This document shows, in pieces, positions 55,570 through 64,000 of a stretch of 64,000 bases of DNA. Below the pieces are notes generated by a model, which saw only the letters and a list, made by a program, of their open reading frames with translations, did not search any database and was not told where the DNA came from. Origin of the DNA: an uncultured Actinomycetota bacterium (lineage in GTDB: Bacteria > Actinomycetota > Actinomycetes > Propionibacteriales > Nocardioidaceae); contig CAVSMX010000021.1 in the NCBI GenBank assembly GCA_963729095.1, positions 46,468 through 110,467 of the forward strand, given 5' to 3'. Numbering within the stretch: position 1 is the stretch's first letter; every line of letters starts with the position of its first letter. The position numbers and the translations under genes were made by a program.

Positions 55570-56831
55570 CTCGCCAGTGGCTCCAGCACGTCGCGGCCGA
55601 GCCACGGCTGCAGCGCCTTCGGCACCCGCACCGAGCCGTCGGCCTGCTGGTGGGTCTCGAGGATCGCCACGATGGTCCGGGTCATCGCGCACAGAGTGCC
55701 GTTGAGGGTGGCGACGGGGCCGACGCCGTCGGGGAACCGGCCTCTGGTGTCGAGCCGCCGGGACTGGAAGTCGGTGCAGTTGGAGGTCGAGGTGAGCTCG
55801 CGGTACCTGCCCTGGGTGGGGATCCACGCCTCGAGGTCGAACTTGCGCTGCGCCGACAGGCCGAGGTCACCGGCGGCGGTGTCGATCACCTGGTAGGCGA
55901 GCTCGAGCTTGTCGAGGAAGGACTTCTCGATCTCCAGCAGGCGCCGGTGCTCGGCGTAGGAGTCCTCGAGCGTCGTGTAGACGAACATCTCGACCTTGTC
56001 GAACCAGTGCACCCGGATGATGCCCTTGGTGTCCTTGCCGTGCGAGCCGGCCTCCTTGCGGAAGCACGGGCTGAACGCCGCGTAGCGCAGCGGCAGGGCG
56101 TCGGCGTCGAGGATCTCGTCGGAGTGGTAGGCCGCCATCGGGACCTCGGAGGTGCCGACGAGGTACATCTCCTGGCCCTCGATCCGGTAGACGTCGTCGG
56201 CCGCCTGGCCGAGGAAGCCGGTGCCGTCCATCGCGCGCGGCTTGACCATCGACGGCGCGATCACCTGGGTGAAGCCGTGCTCGCGCGCGTGCTCGTTGGC
56301 GAGGTTGATCAGGGCGAACTCCAGCTCTGCGCCGGGTCCGGTGAGGAAGTAGAACCGCGAGCCCGACACCTTCGCGCCGCGCTCGATGTCGATCGCGCCG
56401 AGAAGGCGGCCGAGCTCGATGTGGTCGCGCGGCTCGAAGTCGAACTCCTTGGGCGTACCGATCGTCTCGAGGACCACGAAGTCGTCCTCACCACCGGCGG
56501 GGGCCTCGTCGGCGGCCAGGTTGGGGATCGACCACAGCGCGTCGTGCCACTCCTGCTCGGCGACGGTCTGCGCCGCCTCGGCCTCCTTCACCCCGGCAGC
56601 GAGCGTCTTCGTCTGCGCCAGCAGCGCCTGCTTCTCCTCGCCCTCTGCCTGCGGGATCAGCTTGCCCAGCTTCTTCTGCTCCGCCCGCTGGGCCTCGTAG
56701 GCGCCGATCGCCTCGCGTCGCGCGGCGTCCGCCGCGAGCGCCCGGTCCACGGAGTCGCCGGACAGGCCGCGCTTGGCCTGGGCGGCGCGCACTCGGTCCG
56801 GTTCGTCTCGGAGGATCCGCGGGTCGATCAT
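55566..56831 (-). CDS. serS: Seryl-tRNA synthetase
   Basis: [44 protein letters not shown]. Confidence 0.98.
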   Translation of the reverse strand: MIDPRILRDEPDRVRAAQAKRGLSGDSVDRALAADAARREAIGAYEAQRAEQKKLGKLIPQAEGEEKQALLAQTKTLAAGVKEAEAAQTVAEQEWHDALWSIPNLAADEAPAGGEDDFVVLETIGTPKEFDFEPRDHIELGRLLGAIDIERGAKVSGSRFYFLTGPGAELEFALINLANEHAREHGFTQVIAPSMVKPRAMDGTGFLGQAADDVYRIEGQEMYLVGTSEVPMAAYHSDEILDADALPLRYAAFSPCFRKEAGSHGKDTKGIIRVHWFDKVEMFVYTTLEDSYAEHRRLLEIEKSFLDKLELAYQVIDTAAGDLGLSAQRKFDLEAWIPTQGRYRELTSTSNCTDFQSRRLDTRGRFPDGVGPVATLNGTLCAMTRTIVAILETHQQADGSVRVPKALQPWLGRDVLEPLAR

Positions 56832-56926
56832 GCGGCAAGGCTACTTGTGACCGTGGACGGACCTCACCCGAGTTGTCGCGGACGCTTCGTCATACTTGGC
56901 GCGGCACTGACACCGGAGGGAACCCC

Positions 56927-58501
56927 TTGCTCGACCGCTCTCGCACCACCCAGCTGAGCCTGGCCGGGGTGTGCTTCGCCCTGTTCGCGCTCCTGGGAGT
57001 GGCGTACACGCAGGAGTGGAGTCTGTTCACCGATCTCGACGACGCGTCGCGGGAGTGGCGCGAGTGGGTCATCGACACCCCGGGGCTGCACGATCCGCTG
57101 CGCTGGGTGGAGGTTGCGTTCGGCACGATCGGGATGACCCTGCTTACCGCGGTGCTGGCGGTGGCGATGTTCGCGAAGGGCTACCGGCGCGCGGCCGCCT
57201 TCGTGGTCGGCGTGATGATCGCGACGGCTGTCACGACCACCCTGATGAAGCTGTGGTACGACCGCGACCGCCCGCTGTGGCAGGCCACCGAGCACCTGCT
57301 GGAGTCCAACTCCTTCCCCTCCGGGCACGCCTCGTCCATCACCGCCTTCGCGGGCATCGTGATGGTGCTCGTGGCCATGCTGGTACGCCGTGCGAACCTG
57401 CGCCGCCTGGTCTACGTCGCCATGGTCCTCGTCGTGCTCCTGGTGGTCGCCGACCGGATCCTCCTGGGCCGGCACTACCTCACCGACGTGACCGCCGGGG
57501 TACTGCTCGGCGCCGGGTTCGTGCTGCTGGGCCTGGCGCTCTACAGCCCGCTGCCCCGCAGCCACGCCGAGAAGATCGAGCCGCTGCCGCAGGCGGTCCC
57601 CTCGGAGCGACGGCTGGCCGCGATCCTCAACCCGGTGAAGGTGGAGGACGTCGGCCAGTTCCAGGCGATCGTCAACGCGATGGCGGTCGAGGCCGGCTGG
57701 TCGGCGCCGAGCTGGCACCTGACCACGGTCGAGGACTCCGGCACCGGCCAGGCACATCAGGCCGCTGTCGGTGGAGCAGACCTGGTCATCGTCTGCGGCG
57801 GCGACGGCACCGTGCGGGAGGTCTGTGCGGAGCTCGCCGGCACCGGCGTACCCGTCGGCATCGTGCCCGCCGGCACCGGCAACCTGCTGGCCCGCAACCT
57901 GGACATCCCGCTCTACGTGCGCGCCGCGATCGACGTGGCGCTGACCGGCCAGGACCGCGCCATCGACATGGTCTCGGTCAGCGGCGACGAGCTCGAGGAC
58001 ACGCACTTCATGGTGATGGCCGGCATGGGCTTGGACGCCGCGATCATGGAGGGCGTCAACGAGGACATCAAGAAGAAGGTGGGTTGGCTCGCCTACGTGT
58101 GGTCGGCGCTGAAGTCGCTGATGTACCCCGTGACGAAGGTGGAGATCTCCGTCGACGGCGGCGAGCCCACCACCCACCGGGCTCGGACCATCGTGGTGGG
58201 CAACGTCGGCTACCTGCAGGCCGGGATGCCGCTGTTGCCCGACGCCACGATCGACGACGGTCAGCTCGACGTGGTGATCCTCTATCCCCGCCGCTTCCTG
58301 TCCTGGCTCCCGATGGTCTTCCGGGTGTTGACCAAGCGCACGCGCACCGACGACACGATCAACCGGATGACCGGCCGGACCGTGTCCATCCGGGCCGCCG
58401 CCGAGACCCCCCGCCAGCTCGATGGCGACTCCGTCGGCCCCGGCCGCGAGCTGCACATGGAGTGCATCCAGGGCCGCCTGCTGGTGCGCGTCCCCCGGTG
58501 A
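56927..58501 (+). CDS. PAP2 phosphatase fused to a diacylglycerol-kinase (YegS/Rv2252) domain
   Basis: K.....RDRP, SFPSGH, DR..LGRHY..DV; then LNP, CGGDGT, PAGTGNLLARNL, QLDGD; GGAGG before TTG. Confidence 0.9.
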   Translation: MLDRSRTTQLSLAGVCFALFALLGVAYTQEWSLFTDLDDASREWREWVIDTPGLHDPLRWVEVAFGTIGMTLLTAVLAVAMFAKGYRRAAAFVVGVMIATAVTTTLMKLWYDRDRPLWQATEHLLESNSFPSGHASSITAFAGIVMVLVAMLVRRANLRRLVYVAMVLVVLLVVADRILLGRHYLTDVTAGVLLGAGFVLLGLALYSPLPRSHAEKIEPLPQAVPSERRLAAILNPVKVEDVGQFQAIVNAMAVEAGWSAPSWHLTTVEDSGTGQAHQAAVGGADLVIVCGGDGTVREVCAELAGTGVPVGIVPAGTGNLLARNLDIPLYVRAAIDVALTGQDRAIDMVSVSGDELEDTHFMVMAGMGLDAAIMEGVNEDIKKKVGWLAYVWSALKSLMYPVTKVEISVDGGEPTTHRARTIVVGNVGYLQAGMPLLPDATIDDGQLDVVILYPRRFLSWLPMVFRVLTKRTRTDDTINRMTGRTVSIRAAAETPRQLDGDSVGPGRELHMECIQGRLLVRVPR

Positions 58502-58543
58502 CCGTCGGGAACAACCGCGGCCCGCGCTCGTGTTGGGCGACTT

Positions 58544-59779
58544 GTGACTTCCGCGGACTGCCTCGCCCCTGACCAGGTCGCCACCGAGTACCCGTGCCAA
58601 CAGATAACGGCACGTACCCGCTCGGTGTGGTACGCCGTGGCGGCGCTCGGGCTCGGGGGCTTCGTCGTCGTCACCGCCGAGTTCCTGCCGGCCAGCGTGC
58701 TTTCCCTCATCGCCGCCGACCTCGGCATCAGCGAGGGGCTCGCCGGCCAGGCGGTGACGGCGACCGCGATCATGGGCATCATCGCCGCGCCGACGCTGGC
58801 GGCGCTGGTGCCCACGCTCGACCGCCGGCTGCTGCTCGCCGCACTCTCCGGACTGGCGCTGGTGTCCAACGTCGTTGTGGCCGTGACCCCCTCCTTCCCG
58901 CTGCTCGTCGCCTCTCGTCTGCTGCTGGGCGTGGCGATAGCGGGGTTCTGGTCGATGTCGCTGGCCGCCGTGGCCCAGCTCGCGCCGCCCGACCGGCTGG
59001 GTCGCGCGATGACCGTGGTCAACATGGGCGTCTCCCTGGCCACCGTGGCTGCGGTGCCCCTCGGTTCCTACCTCGGAGACGCGCTCGGCTGGCGATCGGT
59101 GTTCTGGATGGCCGCCGGGGCCGCCGCGGCGGCCGTGGTGCTTCAGCTCGCCTGGCTCCCGGCCATCGCGCCGTCGGGATCCCCGGGACTGCGCACCCTG
59201 GCCCAGGCCGCCCGATCCCGGGCGGTGTTGCTCGGCCTCGCCTCGATCGGTCTCATTGCGGCCGGCCACTTCGCGGCGTTCACCTATGTGCGGCCCGCCG
59301 CGGACCTGGTGCCGGGCCTGGGCTCGGCCGGTCTGGCCACGCTGCTGATGGTGTTCGGCGCGTCCGCCTTCGTCGGCAACCTGGTCGCGGGGCCGCTCGC
59401 TGACGCCCGGCTCCGCACGGCGCTCCTGCTGGCGCCGGTGCTCATCGGCGCGGCGACCATCGGGTTCGCGCTGCTGTCGGAGCACTTCGGCACCGTCCTG
59501 GCAGCGGTCGTGATCTGGGGCGCCGGGTTCGGTGGCATCCCGACGCTCGCCCAGACCTGGGTCGCCCGTGTGGAGCCGGACCGCCTGGAGGCGGCCAGCG
59601 GCCTGGTCGTGATGATGTTCCAGGTCGCGATCGCCTCGGGCGCCGCACTCGGCGGCGTACTGATCGAGGTGGCTGACGTCCGGACCGCGCTGGTGGCCGG
59701 GGGCATCTCGGCGACGCTCGGTGGGGTGCTGATCTCCGCCACGCACCGCGAGCGAGAGTCGGTCCCGGCCACCCGCTGA
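58544..59779 (+). CDS. MFS transporter, DHA1 (NepI/AraJ-like)
   Basis: TAEFLP, A.VPLGS.LG..LGWR, AFTYVRP; start uncertain. Confidence 0.85.
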   Translation: MTSADCLAPDQVATEYPCQQITARTRSVWYAVAALGLGGFVVVTAEFLPASVLSLIAADLGISEGLAGQAVTATAIMGIIAAPTLAALVPTLDRRLLLAALSGLALVSNVVVAVTPSFPLLVASRLLLGVAIAGFWSMSLAAVAQLAPPDRLGRAMTVVNMGVSLATVAAVPLGSYLGDALGWRSVFWMAAGAAAAAVVLQLAWLPAIAPSGSPGLRTLAQAARSRAVLLGLASIGLIAAGHFAAFTYVRPAADLVPGLGSAGLATLLMVFGASAFVGNLVAGPLADARLRTALLLAPVLIGAATIGFALLSEHFGTVLAAVVIWGAGFGGIPTLAQTWVARVEPDRLEAASGLVVMMFQVAIASGAALGGVLIEVADVRTALVAGGISATLGGVLISATHRERESVPATR

Positions 59780-59783
59780 CCCG

Positions 59784-61370
59784 TCAGGCGGCGGGAGGGG
59801 TCGGGCCCTCGTGGACGAAGTCCTTCTGCCGGATCAGCACCAGGCAGATCGCGGCGGCCACGAACGCGGTCACCGCGGCGATCATCGTGATGTCGTTGAG
59901 GGCGTCGACGAAGGCCTGGGTGGCGACGTCGGCGATGGTGCCACGCACCTGGACCGGGGCCCCCGCGATCACCTGGTCGACCTGACCACCGGTGATGGCG
60001 GTCGAGATCCGGTCGGACTGATCGGCGACAGGGGTCCCCTGCAGACCGTCGGTGACCCCGTCGGCCACCCGGTGGCTGAAGATCGCCCCCAGCGCGGCGA
60101 TCCCGGTGGCGATGCCCACCTGGCGCAGCGTCGAGTTGATGCCCGACGCCATGCCGGCGCGGTCGACCGAGACCACTCCAACGGCGGTCGAGGCGAGCGG
60201 CGGGTTGATCATGCCGATGCCGACGCCGCTGACCAGCAGCCCCGGGATGAGGTGGGTCCACGACGACCCGGGCTCGATGCCGCGCACGAGGAGCAGCCCG
60301 ACCCCGAGCGCCACGAAGCCCGGCCCGATCAGCCACTTGACCGGGACGACTGAGGTGAGCCGGCCGGCGATCGCGGCCGCGACGAACGCGGCGGCCGAGA
60401 GGAACAGGAACCGCACGCCGGTCGCGACGGCGGAGTAACCGAGGACGTTCTGCACGTAGATCACGAGGTAGGTCAGCAGCGAGAAGATCGAGGCCGAGAC
60501 ACCGAACGCGGCCACCAGGCCCCCCGTGAACGTGGGCTTGCGCAGCAGGCTCAGGTCGAACATCGGGTCCTTCTGCAGCATCTGGCTGATCACGAAGACC
60601 ACCAGCAGAACCGCAGACGCGATCAGGAAGGACACCACGCGACCGTCGGTCCAGCCGTCCTGGCCGGCCTCGATCAGGCCGTAGACCAGGGCGCCCAGCG
60701 CGAGGCTGAAGCTGATGAAGCCGACCCAGTCGGGACGCCCGGCCCGCGGGTCGTGCGACTCACGCACCTTGAGCTGTGCGATCGCGATGGCGACCAGGCA
60801 GATCGGGATGTTGACGAAGAAGATCCAGCGCCATGAGAGGCCGCTGGTGAGCACACCGCCGAGAACCGGTCCGATGGCGACCGCGACCCCGGTCGTCGCT
60901 CCGAAGGCGCCGAAGGCGACACCCCGCTCGCGCCCCTGGAACGCCGAGGCGATCAGGGCGAGCGCGGTCGCGAACATCGCGGCACCGCCGATCCCCTGGA
61001 ACGCCCTGGAGAGCGTGAGGAACGTGATGTCCTGGGCCGCGCCGCAGGCGATGGAGCCGAGCGTGAACAGCGCCGTACCGATCACGAAGAGGAGCCGCCG
61101 GCCGTAGAGGTCGGCCAGTGATCCGGTGGTGAGCAGCAGGGCGGCCAGGCTGAGGGCGTAGGCGTCGATCACCCACTGGAGGTCGGACAGCGAGGCGTCG
61201 AGCTCGCTCTGGATGTCGGGGAGCGCGACGTTCACGATGGTGATGTCGAGCAGGAGCATGAAGACGCCGACGCAGACAGCGGCCAGCGTCCACCACTTGG
61301 CGTCCGTGCCGTCGGTAGCGTTGGCGTGCGGCTCGACCGGGACGGTCACGGGCGGCTGGTGTTCGGTCAT
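59784..61370 (-). CDS. MFS transporter, DHA2 (EmrB/QacA)
   Basis: LDITIVNVALP, GSLADLYGRR, WRWIFFVNIP. Confidence 0.92.
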   Translation of the reverse strand: MTEHQPPVTVPVEPHANATDGTDAKWWTLAAVCVGVFMLLLDITIVNVALPDIQSELDASLSDLQWVIDAYALSLAALLLTTGSLADLYGRRLLFVIGTALFTLGSIACGAAQDITFLTLSRAFQGIGGAAMFATALALIASAFQGRERGVAFGAFGATTGVAVAIGPVLGGVLTSGLSWRWIFFVNIPICLVAIAIAQLKVRESHDPRAGRPDWVGFISFSLALGALVYGLIEAGQDGWTDGRVVSFLIASAVLLVVFVISQMLQKDPMFDLSLLRKPTFTGGLVAAFGVSASIFSLLTYLVIYVQNVLGYSAVATGVRFLFLSAAAFVAAAIAGRLTSVVPVKWLIGPGFVALGVGLLLVRGIEPGSSWTHLIPGLLVSGVGIGMINPPLASTAVGVVSVDRAGMASGINSTLRQVGIATGIAALGAIFSHRVADGVTDGLQGTPVADQSDRISTAITGGQVDQVIAGAPVQVRGTIADVATQAFVDALNDITMIAAVTAFVAAAICLVLIRQKDFVHEGPTPPAA

Positions 61371-61392
61371 CGGGGAGCCCCCTCTCGGAGCG

Positions 61393-61483
61393 ATTCATCA
61401 ATTACATAATCATCAAGCGATTAACGATCCGCTCGGTACGATACGCTTCTCGACGAATTCGTCAAGTGCCTAATGATCAAGTG
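61393..61483. promoter_or_regulatory. Duplicated 27-bp putative MarR operator in the divergent promoter
   Basis: ATTCATCAATTACATAATCATCAAGCG vs ATTCGTCAAGTGCCTAATGATCAAGTG (21/27 identical). Confidence 0.55.
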
Positions 61484-61491
61484 AGGTCGCC

Positions 61492-62382
61492 ATGGGTCAC
61501 GAGCAGGTGGTGCCGGCCGCGAGCCGCACCCTGCTGCCGGACCTTGCGCGGATCCCGGGGCACCTCCTCTGGCGCGCCAACGCCCGGGTGCAGGTGTTGT
61601 TGGACCAGGAGCTTCCGGAGGGCATCGACATCCACGCGTACGCCGTTCTGCTGGCGCTCGCCGACGGCACGCCCCGTTCGCAGCAGTCCCTGGCCGACTC
61701 CATCGCCGTCAGCAGGACCACGATGGTGCGGGTGGCCGCGGAGCTCGCCGAGCAGGGCCTGGTGGAGCGGGTGCGCAACCCTGCCGACCGGCGCTCCTAC
61801 GCGCTGACCCGGACCCGCGCTGCGGCGGCCGCGGTGCGTCGCTGGCGGCCGCACGTCTCGCGCCTCGAAGCGGCGGTGGTGCGCCCGTTCACGCCCGGTG
61901 AGCGGGACGAGCTGCGGGACCTGCTGCTCGCGACCATCCGTGAGGACCTCGTCCAGGGTGCTCCCGCGCCGCTCCTCGACAGTGTCGGCTTCCTGCTGAC
62001 CCGGACACACTTCAGGATGCACCGCGAGTTCGGCGCCGCACTCGCGCCGTTGCGGCTGGAGCCGCGGCACTTCGGGGTGCTCATCGCGCTGCGCGCGACC
62101 GGCCCGGTGCCGCAGTCGGTGCTGGCCCGCGCACTGGGTGTGAGCGGGGCCAGCGTCGTCCAGATGGTCGACGACCTGGAACACCGTGGCCTGGTCGAGC
62201 GGCGGCGCCTCGCCACCGACCGGCGCACGCAGGTGCTGCACCTCCTGCCCGATGCGGAGCAGGTGCTGGTGCAGGCGAACGAGATCGCCGGTCCACTGGT
62301 CGGGAACCGGCTGGCCCCGCTCAACAAGAAGCAGACGGGTCGTCTCGTGGTGCTGCTGGTCCGCTTCGTGACCGCCGAGTGA
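61492..62382 (+). CDS. Tandem double-MarR regulator
   Basis: Two wHTH units: SQQSLA..GLVER...DRR and PQSVLA..GLVER...DRR. Confidence 0.88.
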   Translation: MGHEQVVPAASRTLLPDLARIPGHLLWRANARVQVLLDQELPEGIDIHAYAVLLALADGTPRSQQSLADSIAVSRTTMVRVAAELAEQGLVERVRNPADRRSYALTRTRAAAAAVRRWRPHVSRLEAAVVRPFTPGERDELRDLLLATIREDLVQGAPAPLLDSVGFLLTRTHFRMHREFGAALAPLRLEPRHFGVLIALRATGPVPQSVLARALGVSGASVVQMVDDLEHRGLVERRRLATDRRTQVLHLLPDAEQVLVQANEIAGPLVGNRLAPLNKKQTGRLVVLLVRFVTAE

Positions 62383-62399
62383 CGCCTAGGATTCGACGG

Positions 62400-63239
62400 G
62401 TGACCGCCGGACGCATCGCCTACCAGGGGGAGCCGGGAGCCAACTCCCACCAGGTCTCCAAGCAGCACTACCCCGACCACGAGGCGGTCCCGTGCGCGTC
62501 GTTCGAGGACGTGTTCGCGGTCGTCGAGGCCGGCGACGCCGACCTGGCGATGATCCCGATCGACAACTCGATCGCCGGCCGGGTGGCCGACATCCACCAC
62601 TTCCTGCCCGACTCCGACCTGCACATCGTGGCCGAGCACTTCCTGCGGGTCCGCTTCCACCTGATGGCGGTGCCCGGCGCGACGCTCGACACGATCACGA
62701 CGGCCCACAGTCATGTCCACGCGCTCGGCCAGTGCCGCAAGATCATCCGTGAGCACGGCCTGCGGCCGATCATCTCGGGTGACACCGCCGGCGCCGCGCG
62801 CGAGGTGGCCGAGGCCGCGGACCCGACCCAGGCCGCTATCTCGCCGCCGCTGGCCGCCGAGATCTACGGCTTGGAGGTGCTCGCTGAGGACGTCGAGGAC
62901 GAGGACCACAACACCACCCGCTTCGTGGTGCTGTCCCGCGACTTCATCCGGGCGCCGGCCGACAACGGGCCGGTGGTCACGTCGTTCATCTTCAACGTGC
63001 GCAACCTCCCGGCCGCGCTCTACAAGGCGCTCGGCGGCTTCGCGACCAACGGCGTCAACATGACCAAGCTGGAGAGCTACATGGTCGACGGCTCGTTCAC
63101 CGGCGCGACCCAGTTCCTCGCGGAGGTCGACGGCCACCCCGACCAGATCGCGCTCAAGCGTGCTCTCGAGGAGCTGGCGTTCTTCTCCACCGACGTGAAG
63201 ATGTTGGGGGTCTACCCCGCCGACCCCGCCCGGTCCTGA
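62400..63239 (+). CDS. pheA: Prephenate dehydratase
   Basis: IAYQGEPGANS, DNSIAG, SHVHALGQC, NTTRF, NMTKLES. Confidence 0.95.
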   Translation: MTAGRIAYQGEPGANSHQVSKQHYPDHEAVPCASFEDVFAVVEAGDADLAMIPIDNSIAGRVADIHHFLPDSDLHIVAEHFLRVRFHLMAVPGATLDTITTAHSHVHALGQCRKIIREHGLRPIISGDTAGAAREVAEAADPTQAAISPPLAAEIYGLEVLAEDVEDEDHNTTRFVVLSRDFIRAPADNGPVVTSFIFNVRNLPAALYKALGGFATNGVNMTKLESYMVDGSFTGATQFLAEVDGHPDQIALKRALEELAFFSTDVKMLGVYPADPARS

Positions 63240-63322
63240 CTCAGCACGATCCGAGGGGTCACGTTCGTAATTGAACGAATTCGGGCGATGACACACCGGC
63301 AACTCGGTGCGACCTTGGTCAG

Positions 63323-64000
63323 ATGGCACCCGCGGAGTTCCTGGACGACGCGATCGAGCGCACCGTGCTCGCCGAGCACGTCGGCAAGTCGGGTGCTGTC
63401 CTCGAGCGGATGACCCTCCGCGATGGGCGCAGGGTGGTGGTCAAGCGGATCACTCCCGAGACGGACCTGACGCTCGCCATCTTCCACCAGCCGTTCGCGC
63501 ACGAGTTCCTGCTCTGGCGCTCCGGAGGCCTCGATCGACTCCCGGAGCAGGTCGGTCACGTCGTCATCGACGGCTGGACCGAGGGGGAGGACACGACGGT
63601 CATCATCATGCGGGACCTCGGCGACGCCGTGCTGACCTGGAACGACCGTCTCGACGCGCCCGCGTGCCGCTGGATGCTGGAGAGGGTCGCCGCCCTGCAC
63701 CGCGCGTACCTCGGCGATCCGCCGGAGGCGACGGCGCCGCTGACACCGTTGCTCGAGCTCTTCGCACCCCAACGGATCGCCGGCTTGGCCGGCCAGGGGG
63801 ACGAGCTGTTCGCGGCCGCGCTCCGCGGCTGGGACTACTTCGCCGATCCAGCCTTGGTGCCGTCCGACGTGTCGGAGGCAGTCTTCGCCCTGCACCTGGA
63901 CGCGACACCACTGGCGGGCGCCCTGAGCGCCGGTCCGGTCACGTTGACGCACGGCGATCTGGCGACGGTCAACATGGCGTTCGAGGGGGATCGGCTGATC
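63323..64000 (+). CDS. Aminoglycoside phosphotransferase/choline-kinase-like protein, 3' truncated (not in the ORF track)
   Basis: MAPAEFL...GKSGA...VVVKR...IIMRDL...LTHGDLATVN catalytic loop; frame open to the window end. Confidence 0.82.
   Translation, partial: MAPAEFLDDAIERTVLAEHVGKSGAVLERMTLRDGRRVVVKRITPETDLTLAIFHQPFAHEFLLWRSGGLDRLPEQVGHVVIDGWTEGEDTTVIIMRDLGDAVLTWNDRLDAPACRWMLERVAALHRAYLGDPPEATAPLTPLLELFAPQRIAGLAGQGDELFAAALRGWDYFADPALVPSDVSEAVFALHLDATPLAGALSAGPVTLTHGDLATVNMAFEGDRLI

Noticed and set aside
63323-64000. Aminoglycoside resistance gene
   Set aside because: Only the generic APH/choline-kinase fold motif is visible and the gene is truncated; no substrate can be assigned

Overview
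High-GC actinobacterial chromosome segment; gene content and REP-like repeats suggest Nocardioides/Marmoricola (inference). Left to right: (1) a partner-switching/two-component signalling cluster (RsbW-STAS, REC-RsbW, REC-PAS-PAS histidine kinase, SpoIIE phosphatase, STAS); (2) a ~21 kb choline/glycine-betaine catabolic island: betB-betA-ABC transporter, dimethylglycine dehydrogenase plus ETF, purU, two IclR regulators, and a cobalamin-dependent demethylase set (non-pyrrolysine MttB/MtgB, corrinoid protein, methyl-THF methyltransferase, ASKHA/RACo activator, DUF1638, MetF); (3) MarR/MFS, DUF4185-like protein, furA-katG, TetR/GNAT/MMPL, gadB; (4) a heavily frameshifted vWA/repeat LPxTG surface protein; (5) tRNA-Arg, pckG, then a TrmB/LuxR-type regulator convergent with an unannotated 45-aa secreted peptide gene (ANA|DTSWG...), the best candidate for an undescribed peptide-signalling system, then two tRNA-Ser; (6) core genes (mobA, bpa, serS, pheA and others). 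Recurrent single-base insertions in betA, the ABC binding protein and katG, and dense indels at 39.6-43.9 kb, look like long-read consensus errors rather than real pseudogenes. All calls were made by eye from motifs; no database search was run.
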